A stretch of DNA of 55,858 nucleotides, the filler included, from Sphacelaria rigidula (taxonomy: Eukaryota), in assembly GCA_964200075.2 (NCBI GenBank). It is 5 parts of 5 records of this genome, joined end to end, with 100 filler letters (N's around TTAATTAATTAA, not from the genome) between each part and the next. Parts side by side here need not be neighbours in the genome. Positions count along the whole stretch, not along the records: positions 1 to 11,092 come from CAXNAA020005400.1; positions 11,193 to 22,284 come from CAXNAA020005401.1; 3 more parts are not named here. One strand, written 5' to 3'. How positions within the stretch are numbered: position 1 is the stretch's first letter; each line of letters opens with the position of its first letter. The notes beneath the pieces were generated by a model. That model worked only from the letters and a program-made list of their open reading frames with translations, ran no database searches and had not been told where the DNA came from. Both the position numbers and the translations under genes were made by a program. Shown in pieces: positions 1 through 13,840 of the stretch.

Positions 1-1000
1 CCAACAGCTGCTTGACTTCCTCATCCCGATCGCACGCCCTCTCCTCTTGTCGGGCGTGTGATTGGATCGTGACACCATGGTCGAGCTGCGCCGTGGCAAG
101 CGCCGCCTGCAGCTCGCCTACTTTGGCCCCCCTCGCGTCCACCTCGGAAACAATGCGCTGGTTCTCGCACCTAGAATAACGCAGGCATTGCTGCAGCTTT
201 AGGTTCTCCGCGGCGTGCGTTCGACCTGTCGCCTCCAGCTCCGCCTTCATCTCGCGACTGACTGCGGCTACCTGACTCTCCGCGTGAGCAGCCGCCGTGG
301 CAAGCGCCGCCTGCAGCTCGCCTACTTTGGCCTCCTTCGCGTCCACGTCGGAAAGCAAGCTGTGATTTTCGTACTTAGAATAGCGGAGGCATTGCAGAAG
401 CTTTAGGTTCTCCTGGACGCGCGTTAGAACTGTCGCCCCGAGCGCCGCCTCGAGCTCCGCCTCGAGCTCCGCCTCGAGCTCCGCCTCGAGCTCCACCTCG
501 AGCTTCGCCTCCAACTCCGCCTCCAGCTCCGGCTCTAGCCCCGCCTCCAGCTCCCCCTCCAGCTCCGCCTCCAGCTCCGCCTCCAGCTTTGCCTCCAGCT
601 CCGCCTCCAACTCCGCCTCCAACTCCGCCTTTATCTCGCGACTGGCTGCCGCTGCCTGACTCTCCGCGTGAGCAGCTCGGCCCATGGCTTGGGCGAGGCC
701 GGCCTCTTGCACGACAACCCTCTTTCGCACCTCCTCGAGTGCCTGGTTCCGAATCCACGTCTCCTCGTCTCGCTCCCTCCAGCCTCCTGCCAACGCCGCG
801 TCGCCATCACCATCTTCATGCCCCGCCACCATGACTTTCGTATCGTTGTTTGGTTCACGGGGGACGTCCCACTCGCTGACGGCTGCGTCAGGCTCCATTA
901 CACGGGTCTCCACCTCCTGCACGCGAGAGACACTTTCGCATTGGCTGCATCGATGGGAGAGAAGCTGCTGCGGCTGGACGGCATTCAAGTTTTGCACGTC
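1..1000 (-). CDS. Large internal exon of a coiled-coil protein (partial; runs off the window start)
   Basis: Minus-strand acceptor tccctttgttgatttttcag|GAC at 1001/1000, then a stop-free frame to base 1: DVQNLNAVQPQQ...EEVRKRVVVQEAGLAQAMGRAAHAESQAAAASREIKAELEAELEA...ENLKLLQCLRYSKYEN...KVGELQAALATA. Absent from the ORF track because it has no stop in the window. Confidence 0.75.
443..630. repeat. 12-bp tandem repeat (gcctccagctcc-like) encoding (ELEA)n on the minus strand
   Basis: About 15 degenerate copies visible directly. Confidence 0.9.
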
Positions 1001-4000
1001 CTGAAAAATCAACAAAGGGAGAAAAATTGCGGGTGTGCGATGGTATCGAGTCGTGGGTACGAGAGTAGTTGGAAGGCGTGAGTAAGTTACAAAATATTGG
1101 GGACGATCAATTATTCTGGTCTTGCGGGAGTATCGTAGGGAATGCGTCTACGTCTGCGGAGGGGTGGGGAGTATACACGACTCATCACTGCTTGTGAAAT
1201 GAGTCTTACTCGGTAGTGGTGGAGAAAAGAAGATGCTGGCAAATTAACAACGCGCTAGTAGGTACTGTGGGCCGATATAAGGGCTACCGCTGAGGATTCT
1301 TGATCCGCGGGATCGTTAAACCGCTTGATTCCGTCAGACGGTCTACTATTCACAGTGGACATAGCAACCATTTGATATTATACACAAAACAGGGCACCTC
1401 ATGTCGCATCTCATCTGAGACATATGTAAGCTTTGTCGGTTACAAAAATATGACATCGTCGACATGTCCCTGGGACACTGTGCATCACCACAATGACACA
1501 AGTCTAGCTTAATTATCCAACTCGCTAAGTTTTCGGGCCTCGCAAACAGCTACCAAAAACGATGTACAGCACATGCTCGTCGTAGCGGAACGGATGGAGA
1601 TCGAAGTGGGTAAGCTGCAGACGGTGATTACCAGCGCGTAGGCCTCTCCCCCGAACGCAGGTTGATAGGATGGAACAGTCGCCCCGCTTCTCTGAGGACG
1701 TCAACCTCGAGTTGCTCTTTTAATTAGTTGAGAAGAGCACCAACGTGGGTGGGCTGCCGGCCACGCCTGCCACCGCGCAGGCCGATCGTGGCGCGGCTAC
1801 TCAGGCGCATTCCGAGAAGCAGCTTGAGTTACCACAGTCGCTCCGCCACTCTGACAGCTCTGTATTATACTGTACTGTACTGTACTGTACTGTGTGGACC
1901 AAAGAGTATTGTAGACCTGCACATATGCTGCCGAGCCGTGAGCAGTCAATCCGCGGCGCCTTGATGTGCTTGCCAGTCGGAGTGAGGACGCCTTGCGATG
2001 GGTGGCGGCAAGGCGTCTCATTTCTTGGTTTTAACTCTGCAGCAGCCGCTTTTTTTCATATTTTGCTTTTCGCTCATGAAGATTCAAAACCCATGAGAGT
2101 ATAAATGAAATCGAAATTTAACCGCGGTCTCACTTTCAGATGTTTCTGCAATTTTTTCATGAAAAGGTATGGCCGACCACGTTTCTGGGGATTACGAGCA
2201 ATTCCATTATAGTCCACCCTGTGTCCCTCCAGTCTTGCAGATGTTTCAACTGTTTGGGTTATAGCTCCTGAGGCAAGTGGGCACAACGCCCTTACACACG
2301 GTGATATATCCCGTTCAGTATGGTACAACTTTCTCGGGCGTGTCAGGTATGTTCCGTCGTGAAAATAAGTAGGGTATATTATGTTTATATGGGCTCCTAA
2401 CCGTACCGGATGCATTAGGTGATAGTATTATTGAAAGCTTTGACGCTTATGTAGCCTTTTGCTTTTCATTCGGGTATTACCTTGCGTGGGCGAGTGGCCG
2501 AAATACTTAGTCCATCCGAAAATGGCGAAATTTCGCCCTTATTCCGGAGGGCGGCAGGCGGGGAGGGAGGGCGTAAAAAGACCACCCAACCTGCTTGTTG
2601 ACCGTCCGGAGCGCCGCGGCCTTGTTGGGGTAAAAAATGACTACCGCCCGCTCCGAAGTTTGTTTGAGAGTTCGATCTCCCCATGTCGTCTGTCTTAGTT
2701 TTGCAGTTTTCACCAATATTTTGTCGGGTACTCGGGACCAATGCAGTAGGGCTCGGCAAGTGGACCTAGGATGCCCGCCGGCAACCTTGAGTTGCCTGGC
2801 GGAATGGCCAGCCCTATCTCGATCGCCATGACGTATCGGCGGGCCGACGACACTTCGGCGCCCCGTTCACGACGCGGGTGTGTGAACGGAAGACTTCATC
2901 GCGGTTGTGGTGGGTAGTGGGCGATTCAACGTCGATTTGTTTTCAAGAAATTGGGCGACTCTATGAAGAAATTTCAAAGCATTCTCAAACTATGGGAAAT
3001 TTTGTCCTGAAAATTCTCAGTGAGCATGACTAGAATGTTGGTTTCCACAAAGGGCCCCTTCATAGTCATGTATTTTCAGCAAACCTAGATACAGCATCGT
3101 GAACACCTCCGTTGGGGAGGTATGATCTGCACCCTTCAACGGGCTTTATGTGTGGCACAAAGGGAGTATGTCAACTTGAGAACAATGATCCCGAGCGTTT
3201 TACAGCATCTATATCTACTCACTATAACAAGTCTACATCAAGCGCTGGGGTTTCGTAAATCACCGTCGACGTCACTGAGATGAAGATTGAGGCGAGGCCT
3301 GTACGAATAGAGTCGTTATGTGCGCATGTACACATGGCATTAGGTCGAAATAATCTTGCACAATACTCCAGTGCATGAACGTGGTGCACAGCAATGAATG
3401 GAAGAACAATAGAAAGTGAGGTCCGGGGAGCGCTCGATCAGGGCATACGTAGGTGTGGTGAGGCTCGGCAGATATCTAAACGTTCTGTACCTGTCCATGC
3501 ACGAACTCCGGCATAAGAATGAAAGATACACATGAACATGCATTGATACCGTATATATCACTTCCATCAATAAGGACAAGGACGGTCAGAATGCGAATAT
3601 ACAGATTCACGAACTGATGTGCGACTATCGATCAACCAGATTCATAGCGAGTGAATAACGAGTAAACGAGTTTGGCGCAAACCTTCGCCATGAACTGAGG
3701 GGCAGCCTGTTCTATGCCCAAGTGACGAACGAACGGAGAGTGAGCAGAACAAACTTAAAATCGCTGTCAGATTCCTGTTCAGTTCAGTGCGAGCTGCCCA
3801 ACCGTTGCTGGATATCTCTTCTGGACAGAACTTACTCAAACATTTTCAGATGCTGTGTCAAGTGGGCAACACTCCCCCGAAAGTTGATACATTCAAAAAC
3901 ACCCATTTATGTACAGCACGCAGAATTCCTGTTCTGTCTTCCGAGCCGGTTCGATGAAAACAATCAAAGGACGAAATACTTACGCCAAAACTTGTTTGAG

Positions 4001-7000
4001 TGATTGCAGGAAGAACTCCGAGCTTCTAACACATGAAATTGACACCATGATCAAGGCGAACAAAGCGTCCAGGAGGGAACGGGGTAGTGACGCGTCGCCC
4101 CATGCAGCAACAGAGCAGGCGCACGGCTCGAGACTTAATATAGTGTCATTTCTTTCTGACTTTCGTCAAGTTGACCATTCTCCAATATTGAAAAGGCGGG
4201 CCGCCTTCAGACCATACTCTCGTATCTACGCATATGATGGCACCCCGAATGATCTTGTTCCCACGTGAACAGCTAGTTGCATGAGAGAGGTACAGCATAC
4301 CGTGTCGTCTGGGGTCCATCCAGCGGTAAGTGACCAGAGAGGGTTTTTCGCCGCCACGAGTTGAGGTACAGGTGATACATCGAGACACCAAACCAATGCA
4401 CGGGATGTAGTAATCACGGATAGTCCATTGCTTACAGCATTGTCCACATAATACATGAGGTTTCAAGGGTCGGACAAATCAGAGTTCATGCGGGTTAACT
4501 CCTCGTGAGTATAGATGGTGATTCATGTGCCGAAAAGGCATCACGTATGAATCACAGATGATAAAAGTTCGTACGTGCTAGATGGTACCGCACGAATTAC
4601 AGACGGGATTGTGCTTGCCCCCGAAAAGTCTCACACGAATAAAGAGTCCAAAATGTGAATCAATCACTGGTGGGGAAGATGTCAATTTTTTAGTCCCGCA
4701 CGAATCGCCAGTGGGAAAATACGTAGGCATGAATCATGCCGCATGGGTGACAGATGAGAAAAATCTAAATACAGCATGATACATGTTGGAGGAATAGCTT
4801 GTGGGAAACATGTACGTATGATCGGTCCAGAACAATTCCAGTATTTCTTTTATGATCTTTACTCTCGAGGCAAAATTGAATTGTGATGTGAAACACGAAT
4901 ATTCCTGATGGGAAGACTAACCCGTGTCGGTTGCCGCGGAATTCTCTTCTTCGAAAAACGCAACAGTTTGGGCCAAAAACATCCCTAACCGTGTCAATTT
5001 ACCCACGATCTAGTAATGTTTAGCCTGAATTTTCGCGAGACGAATCAATATTCTCATGACGAAAAACTTGTTGTTTGTATGCCATGACATTAGAATGTGT
5101 TTATTATACCATTGACATCAAAATTGGGTGTAAGTCATATCCATACTATGATGCTCCTTTGCTCCCAGACAGCGGCAAGACAAAAAATAGAAAATCTCGT
5201 GAAATTTTCGTTTTCCCAGCAAGAAAAAAACGCAGGGGCATATATGAGGAAACATGTTTGCCGTCATCTATTTTGAAACCAATCGGTCGGTTATCGCATT
5301 TAAAAGCAGACGAAAGGATTCGATAGATTCGCTTTTCCTTAATATCTGCGTCATTTTTTGCTCTTTGAAAACCTGATGAGACGCCTCGGGCAAATTCCAA
5401 GAGTTGTCGGAATCCAGGGCCAGAATTGTCATCTGAAAAGCATACTCTCCGGAAAAACGCGAGTTCAGGACATGAGAGATTAAAAACAAAATCATGCCTA
5501 CTCCATAGATTTTTCCGGTTGAAGGCAGGGTTTTGAACGGCGTTTGTTAATTTCGAAAATCACCCCATCCCGAGAGACACGCATCTATATGGTTTGTGAC
5601 AAAATAGGGAATTTGTCTAGAGAGTCATAGCCTGCGCATGTGTATAGCACCAGTGTACGGCATGGAGTACAGTGTAAGTTGTATGCGATGGCGATTAAGA
5701 TTTCATGACGATAAATAACCATAAGGTTTGGCAGGGGTGCACAAGGGAAGGTACACCGCGCATCTACCTGTTCGCCCGACCCCCACCCCAACCTCGTAGG
5801 GCCAGAGTGTTTTGATGTTCATTCCTTCTACAATTTTTCCTTTGCTTTTCTCCCTCTCAATTCATGAGCTCGCTGCACGCTACCCCTCAAACACGTGCTA
5901 AATACCAATTTGTTGAAAACGCCTACATGCTGCTGGTGCTTTACTTGGCGTGATTTGATGGTCGTGGTTGGAGCCGATCCCCGCCCCAACTATCCCATGC
6001 GACAACCTTGGACAAAAGTTACAAAAACCGGCAACCACAACCTACATCCAAGTTTGTGCACACCGGTAATAACGGAAGGGATAAATGATGAGCGTACAAC
6101 AGTGAGTGGTAGTGTATAGAGTGTCCCGACAAAGTACATCACCCACAGTACCTGCAACACCCACTATGAATCCGCTATTGTACCCCTCTATCAATAACAC
6201 GGGATTTCACAATTGCGGATTGATTTTGTTCCCGGGATAAGCCTTGGGAACATGCACATGTATCGAAATCTTTTCGAAAAAAAATGTGAAGGCACTCTCC
6301 GGCCGTGATGTGCGGTCTCGCTCACCCTAAATATGAATACATCCATAATCTGTGAGATCCCGTGTCATCAGGAAATCCTGACACGTAACAACAGTTGTTT
6401 TGTACGGGAATGAACGGAAGTCGAAAATGTTCGCCATCACGGGATTCAGCAAAAAGCGAATGTATGGTCTTGTGGATAAGCTAGGTTACACATCCCAGCC
6501 GGAGAGTTGTTGTTGCTGCGGCTGTTGCTGCTCCTGCTGCTGTCTTCAAATTGAAAATCGTTCCGATATCTGCGCAGTACTTTGTATTGGAGGTCTGATG
6601 CGGACGCCTTCCGTGATCACAGGCTAACTACCCCAAGCTAGGGTAAAAGAAAAATCAGAAAATAAATCGGACCCAGAAAAAATTCACGCAGATGCGATAC
6701 AAAAGAAATAAAACAAAAAAATAGAAATACCAAAAAAAGGAAGGGAAAAAGAGGAAAGAAAAATGACTACTGCTAGCCCTCAAAGTCCCGATGTCATATG
6801 CGACCATTCGGGCTACAGGAGGCAGGGCCCATTGGCCCACTCAACACGTGAGGCCAAACAGGAAGGGAGTCAAACTTGAGAGCCACGATCATAAGCCAAA
6901 GCGATACTAGTCGCAGGGCTCTAACTTGTTCCTCTAGAGGGGCAGCTATGCGTACGAATATACTAGGTGTAACAGGAAGAGCACCACATAACAACACACA

Positions 7001-8316
7001 CCATCTCGAGGGGAGGAGTGCGGTGGAGTCAGCAGTTAGTAGAAATACGAATACGAGGGGAGATGATGGGAGTCCTGCCACTTCCGTTATTTTCAGTTCG
7101 ATACAAGTTGGTTACGCATTATTCCATCTCCTCCCTCCTGTCCTCGAATCTCCCGTTTAATCACACGTTGTCGGCTGGCCTCTTCTCGGAGAGTGCACTT
7201 GCTTTGCTCTTTGGAAATATTTCGACGCTTATGAAGGTCCACAAGGTTCAAAAACAAATTCATCCGCAATTATTTGTAAAATCCAGTGTTCAGTGGTTGC
7301 AGTTATACATCGGAAATACTATTACAAACCAAATCTTCACCAAGCAAATAACGTTCTCCCGTTCCCGTCCAGATCGTTACCGAGAAAAATCATATTTTCC
7401 CATTTCCGTCCAAACAATCCCTGCGCAGATACTGGCATTACTGTGGCTTCTCATCAACACCCAAGCAAATACCGCGCAAATATGTCGTTCCCAATTACTG
7501 TACAGGATAACGACATGAATTCCGCAGCTCACTCAACATTGCGTCACCCGAGCAGGACAGTGGTGAGCGAACAAAACCCACAATCCCCACCGTACCACGT
7601 TAGATTTCTTTTCTTTTTGTTCTTAGTTTCTTCCTGTATCTTGTTGAATGATGCGTTTTTTTTTTACTTTATTTTTCAGGGACCGTACCCCAAGAGGGCC
7701 CTACTACTTTTTAGTCGGCGAACACACGAAAACTGAAGCGCTGAAGCATGAAATCACAGAGCACCCCACCATAGAGACACGACGGAATGCAAGCAATCAT
7801 GCCCGAAGATGAAGCTGATGGCGACGGCCCGAACAGTGGAGGTTGTGAAGTGATTTTGTCTGCCTCGGCGAGTCCTTCCGCCAGTGCAGTGATGGCGGTG
7901 GGGATAATGATGCAGCCACACCCTTTGCCGGTCATGTTGCGCCGCAGCTTGCTTCAGTCTGCCTACCGTGTTCAGTAGGCTAAGCTTATTTTAATTATCT
8001 ACTACTACTACTACCATGGTGGCTTGTTCCGTACGAAAGAGTACTACCATGGCACGTTATCATCCAAAACCCACCGTGAACTACCAAGGTACGGCTGGTT
8101 CTTGTATCAACGAGCACCAGGGTGGACAGTTGCCGTCGACAAATTACCCTGCATTTCCAAGGTGGCTGGTTCCTTCACCGATGGGTACCAGGGTGACCAG
8201 TTGGCATTCAAATTCATCGTGCCTTACCGTGATAGCTAGATACCGTTGGACACCTTACCGACCTCAAAAAGGTATACCGCAGCGAGTGGTTTTCATTCAA
8301 CGTATTCAGTATTTAC

Positions 8317-9846
8317 AGGAGAAGCAGTGCGGCTTCCGACCTGATCGATCCATCGTTGACATGTGGTTTGTAGTGTCCGATTCCAGGAACTGCCGCGAAG
8401 AATCCCGCTGCACATGTGCTGTACATGTGCTTCGTCGACCTCCAGAACGCCTACGACTTGGTCGACCGAGAGCTTCTGTGGCAGGTTCTGACCCGAGCTA
8501 CTGCTCAGGATGAGATTGTACTAGTAATCCGCCCATTCCACAACGGCATGCATACCCGCGTATGAATGGATGACGGGGAGCTCTCGGCCTGGTTCAAGGT
8601 CACACAGGGACTGCAACGGGGATGTGTAATGTCTCCGCTGCTCCTCAGCATTCTCTTCGCTGCGGAGCTCGAGCTAGGTCTCGTGCGATTCCGCGAGGAC
8701 GACATCATCCTCAAGGCAGGGTATATATCGACGAGGAGACGGGTAGGAGGGCAGAGACACTTGGAACGCGTACGGAGGGCGGTGTGAGGAACGCTATAGG
8801 CCGATGACGCCGCCGTCATCTCGAGATGCCCCGACGGCCTGGCGAAGATGATGACCGTTATGCTGGACGTGTGTGGATCCTTTGGACGGACGTTGTCGGA
8901 GGAGAAGGCAGACTGTACTGATGCGAGTACAGTACCGGAGAAGTCACCAAACAAGCGGGAGCCACCAACGCCACCTCCCCCGCCACTGGTCATCGGAGCA
9001 GCGGGCCATGAATACGCGCAGACCACTGAGTTCTGATACTTGGGCTAGCTCGTCAATGAAGATGCCGAGCTCACACAGGAGTTCAACAACCGGAGCAGAG
9101 CAGCGGGGGCATGCATCAGGCCGTTCTCCCGAGGGCTGTTTGACCGACCGAAATGCACCGTGGAGAATCAAAGTCCAACTATCAAAGACACAGGCGATGG
9201 AGGTCCTATTGTACGGATGCATGACGTGGGCCACGCACCGCGAGCACTGTCGTTGCTGAGAACGATGCACTACCGGCTCTTCCTGCGAGTTATCGGGTAC
9301 CACCGCGTGGCACATACCTACAGAATTCGTACACCCAGGCCCTCAACATGACCGTATGCTAAAGTGTTAAAGTCATCATTTGGCAACGGCGACTACTGTT
9401 CGCGGGAGCCCTGGCTACACAACCGGACGGACAACTACCGAAGTGACTGACATTCGCAACACTCGTGGGCGGGGAGGGTCAAGGATCAAGGTATCCGGAG
9501 CAAAACTGGGTGGAGTGTCTGAGGAACGGTCTCCAAGCTTTTGCAGCCACAGGCGGCTCGACGGACGACACCCGACAAACGTTCGGAGTTGAACGCAACC
9601 TCCGGCCCTCAGCAGCAAAGAAGGAGGAAGGAAAATCATGGCATGGGGGGGGTGCTGGAAGGGGCGGAGAGGTTTATGGCCTCATGGCACAAGGACGAAA
9701 ATAAGGTGAGCCGATTACGTGCGACTAAATGGGACGTCAACAAAACCAACAAAGCAGTGACGATGGCTCCGAGGAAGGGCAGGCATAAATGGGGGATTAA
9801 GCGGAGACAGGTTCGAAGGACTCTCTCTCTAGGAGTACAAGAATAG
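8317..9846 (+). mobile_element. 5'-truncated, decayed RTE-like LINE (reverse transcriptase pseudogene)
   Basis: Across frames: EKQCGFRPDRSIVDMWFVV, CFVDLQNAYDLVDRELLWQVL, WFKVTQGLQRGCVMSPLLLSILF, L*ADDAAV (YADD with TAG at 8797), EF*YLG, EVLLYGCMTW. Many stops and frameshifts. Confidence 0.9.
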
Positions 9847-10342
9847 AACCAGGCGATTCTCATTGCTATCGTTGGCGAGCTTTGATTCCTGAGTTCGACT
9901 CCCATTTTTGTGTGGCTTTCGGGTGTGGAGTGGGAACGTTGGGCTCCGCATCGACTCGTCCGAATGGTCGCCTGCGGCACCGGAGCTTATGAGGTTAGCA
10001 GTACTTCTCGATGTGTGCCGTGCTTGTGTGATTTTTCGGGGTCCCATGTTGTGTTTTTCTCTTTCCTCACATGTTATTTTGGGAAACTAGCTCGTGACCA
10101 TGGAAGGCGTCCGCATCAGATGCACAGTACGGAGAAAGAAGTACTGCGCTTGTATCGGAACCTTTTTTATGTGAAGACAACAACAGTAAATACCAATTAT
10201 CGAATACTATTTTTCATTGCCTATTCATCTCTAACTATATTTAATTTCCTTTCTCATTTTATTCCCATCTTTTTCTTTTCTTGGCTTCCAAACTTTCTTG
10301 CACCTATTTTTTCATTATGTTGATAAAGTAGTGGGAAAGAAG

Positions 10343-10768
10343 CAGGGATATACACGTTACACGTGACGTTTTACGCAACATATCCGAAAAAACGTAACTT
10401 TGGGTCGTTTAACGCTACGTGAGGTTTGATTTTTTGGATGAGACAAATGTAACGTAACGTGATGTAACGTGTGGCCCTTCGCATGAACCTTAGCATAGCG
10501 TTTTACTTTCCAAATGTGACAAAAACAAAAACTCTGCTTGCTTTCGTGAATATGTCACGTAAAACGTGACGTGAAAAAATCACAGAAAACAGCCTTTTTT
10601 TTTCATCTGGAAAACCGCAAGGGACACTGCTTCAAGATCAACATGTTATCACGTTACGTTACATTTGTCTCATCCAAAGAATCAAACCTCACGTAGCGGT
10701 AAATGACCCAAAGCTAAGTTTTTTCGAATATGTCACGTAAAACGCCACGTGTAACGTGTAGATCCCTG
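10343..10768. mobile_element. MITE with ~125-bp terminal inverted repeats, hAT-like
   Basis: Left end CAGGGATATACACGTTACACGTGACGTTTTACG; reverse complement of right end CAGGGATCTACACGTTACACGTGGCGTTTTACG. Flanks gaaagaag and gaaaaaaa match 6/8, consistent with an 8-bp TSD. Confidence 0.85.
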
Positions 10769-11092
10769 GAAAAAAACATTAGATTGCATCCCATTGTTCG
10801 TTGTCCTCTCCTTATTTTTCATTTTGATTTACTCATCTTTCAATTCCCTTGTTCTCTCTGATATTACTTAATTTTCTCGTGTTTGTTATTATTTAAATTT
10901 GTATTTCTTCTTCTACTTCTACACCTAGGTATCAGGGAGTGTACGTGGATCGTATGCTACCCCACACACACATTAGGCGGGGTATCGTCCCTCCAACGTT
11001 GCCGCATTTTATGTAGGATTCAGTACAGGATAGGTTTTTGTAGGAACTTGTATGGCGTTTGGGGGGGGGGTGGGGGGGTGTACTCATGATCA

Positions 11093-11192
11093 NNNNNNNN
11101 NNNNNNNNNNNNNNNNNNNNNNNNNNNNNNNNNNNNTTAATTAATTAANNNNNNNNNNNNNNNNNNNNNNNNNNNNNNNNNNNNNNNNNNNN
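11093..11192. other. Artificial contig-joining spacer (N44-TTAATTAATTAA-N44)
   Basis: 100-nt linker with stops in all six frames; identical at four positions. Confidence 0.98.
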
Positions 11193-11256
11193 GATGCGAG
11201 GTCAATGGTCTGATGACTATGGCAAGCATGATCATGAGTACACCCCCCCTCCCCCC
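11193..11256 (+). repeat. Copy of C-tailed ~105-bp interspersed repeat (SINE-like), cut by the gap
   Basis: gatgcgaggtcaatggtctgatgactatggcaagcatgatcatgagtacaccccccc; homologous to 13841-13943, 39391-39472 and 55786-55858. Confidence 0.85.
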
Positions 11257-12191
11257 ACAAGCTGGGTGGGGGGCGGAGTGCATAATGTGACAAAATTTCC
11301 AAAGCAACTGCGGAAAAAAAAAAAATGACAGGGCAAGGTAACCGATAGATACCCTGCAGGCAGCGGAGCAACACCACTTAGAAACCACTTATTTAGCGTG
11401 AGGGTCGAGTTCTTACTTCCTCGGTAGGCCACCAACAGCCACTATATTGGGTTTAGTGTAGGCCTCTTACTCAGGCATCACCATTTGTGCTCAAGTTCTT
11501 CTGTTCTGAAAACATTCAGGCTCACGTGTTTAACCACCAAGTTCCCAAGCGATGGTGCTACATGTAATTTCCTCTGCGTTTCTGCGCTGCAGCGTTCAGA
11601 GACTTGTCTCTCCTCCTCTACATAGCATTTTATTGCAACCTTAAAGTTGATTCTAGGATGGGTGTACGTGCGGAGATGACGTGTACGTCAAGTGACAGCC
11701 GCAGCTCAGGGTCTTGTGGAGGGAACAACACACTACTAATACTGTTACATGCAAAGGACCGACATTCATAAAAATAAAATAAAAGCCCCGACAAAACAAC
11801 CCGGGCAGCACACACAGATCTTGAGCATGACACAAGCTACTAAATCGAGGTCTTGCTCTGAAGGCCATCCCCCATGACATAACCTGATGAGTGTTGCGTT
11901 TTCGTCGCATATATTTTGGGTCCCTACACGTTTCCGTGTATGTGGGCGCAACAGCCGGCATTTACACAGCAGGGAGGTTACACAGAAGTTTTGATTGGAT
12001 TCGATTCGATTATTTTTACTTCTCCACCTTGCTTCTGCGGTGCTTGCCTGAATCTTCATTGCAAGAGTCCCTTTTCCTCGTCGATACTTAATTCGACTTT
12101 TGTTCACTCACGAAACAATCGCTTGCCACTGCTTTCTTGCACATCGTCCGAGCGACTATTTCGTGAGAAGGCACTATGTGAGAAAAAAAAA

Positions 12192-12281
12192 AACGTTCGT
12201 GTGGTTTTACCGGGGATCGCACTCACGACCTAACCGTCGGAAGGTTGACGACGTCACCAGCTAAACCACCGGGACGACCGG
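12192..12281 (-). mobile_element. tRNA-derived SINE-like head or tRNA pseudogene
   Basis: Minus strand reads ccggtcgtcccggTGGTTTAGCTGGtgacg...gtGAGTGCGATCCCcgg followed by a T-run: A-box and degenerate B-box, no intact cloverleaf. Confidence 0.55.
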
Positions 12282-12496
12282 TTGTGGTGTTAAGCGGCAA
12301 CTCGTGGCGTCGGGGCTTCCCTATGTAGTCAACGGGTAGGGGTGAATCACGTGACTACTGCTTTGAGACACGGCGGCCAGCAGGTCGATTCTTCTGCATG
12401 CCATCTTGTGTTACAAAGGACGATTATCTCTTTTGTCGCACAGAGCCTAGACATGGAAGCAGCTGTGCTACGATAAAAAGTGCGATTCTCAATTCA

Positions 12497-12597
12497 CCGT
12501 TTGACCGCGGGGGTAGGTCACCTGCTAAATCGGCATCAATTTCACTCGACAAAAGTATGCGTGATCCAGATAGACTACCCCCATCGGGGTCTAAGGG
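12497..12597. mobile_element. ~100-bp piggyBac-like MITE
   Basis: Termini ccgtttgaccgcgg...cggggtctaaggg, flanked by TTCA and TCAA (degenerate TTAA); homologous to the tandem pair at 32857-33063. Confidence 0.6.
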
Positions 12598-13603
12598 TCA
12601 AGTGGATTTGCGATCGACACAATAACTCCATTCGCGCGGAGACAGACCAGCTTTCAGTTCATGATCCATGCTGGCTGAGCGCTTGTCAAGTCCCGCTCTT
12701 TCTTCTGCTTGGTGTCTCGCGCTGTACTGTACAGCTATACCTTTTTTTTGTTCAAGGGGAGAAACAGCTTGTTACCTGTGTGAGGGCCATGCTCAACTGC
12801 TAGCATTATGAGTAAAAACCGAACCACACAAGAGGTGTTGCAGAATTCTCAAGTGGGGTATGTTGCACCGTAGTCCAGTCGTTTCCATAGTACGAACACA
12901 TTCCACGAATAAATCGCTTGGTTTTAGTACATCGATGCACTCTCCTTGATGGAACTGCCGTATATATGCCGGGGAGAACGGTCGTTTCGCCCGAAATCTT
13001 CTCCCAGCATGAATAGCTGTATCTTTAATCTTCATAATTGATATGTCATGAAGCAAAAGAGAACACAACCAAAATCGCAAAAACTCACGGTGTAACACGG
13101 TGTGTTCGCAACTAGCGAAATTTGCAATGGGTTCGACTCGTCGTGCAGCAGTCAAGGCGGTGTCTCACCTCAACTCATCGCAAGCACGCTGGGTACAGCA
13201 AGTCCTTCACGTGCCCAATCCATGGCTGAGAACAATCTCACGCGGCGTGGCCCTCGGATAAATGTGCACAATGTCTGAGCAGTGGCCGCTCACTGTCAAA
13301 TTTTGCTTAACGTCTTGGGCTATAATAGGTCCTGGATTCGGCTGCAAGATTTTATATTATACATCCGGATTGAGGGGTAACTACAACACCATGGTGCGAA
13401 AACCCTGGGATCATGCGCCGTCGTGCCGCCGAGTGCCGCAGCGTGTTGCGGGGGCGCTTACGAATAGGCCGCTGGGAGTAGGGCACTTCTAGCCGAACGT
13501 GAGCGTACAAACCTCAGTGTCGCAAGCGCTCAAATTGATCCCACCTACTACCACGTGCTGACAAGATGAAAAAGTACGATGGAAGACTAAATTGATTTGA
13601 TAC

Positions 13604-13715
13604 CTGGGTTGATCGCTTTCCCGTGATGGACGATACGTTGTTGGAGAACAGGCCTGGATGATGCAACACACCCTCCGATGACATCACGCCATCGCAGCCT
13701 GTCTCTCGCAAGCAT
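13604..13715 (-). CDS. DUS1: tRNA-dihydrouridine synthase (DUS1-like), internal exon
   Basis: ag|A TGC TTG CGA...ACC CAG|gtatc gives (R)CLRETGCDGVMSSEGVLHHPGLF, the Dus G.DGVM..EG.L..P.LF motif. Phase-compatible with exon 17120-17266; the acceptor is purine-rich. Confidence 0.85.
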
Positions 13716-13840
13716 CTTCTCTCTCAACGTCATGCCCCACGCAGCCACGAACGAACAAGCGCACGAGCGCACACGTCATTTTTCCGAAAACAAAATGGGA
13801 ATCATTGAAAGAACAGAAAAGCAAGAAAGACTAAACAAGC

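Noticed and set aside
375-758. Gly/Ala/Arg-rich ORF (GGARGGAR)
   Set aside because: Alternative frame of the (ELEA)n exon; the ELEA frame is the one open from the splice acceptor.
5146-5400. YMPLRFF resembling a giant-virus major capsid motif
   Set aside because: Only a 7-residue resemblance, with no other capsid motifs.
11061-11256. Inverted repeat spanning the first gap
   Set aside because: Two copies of a dispersed repeat at separate contig ends, brought together by the artificial linker.
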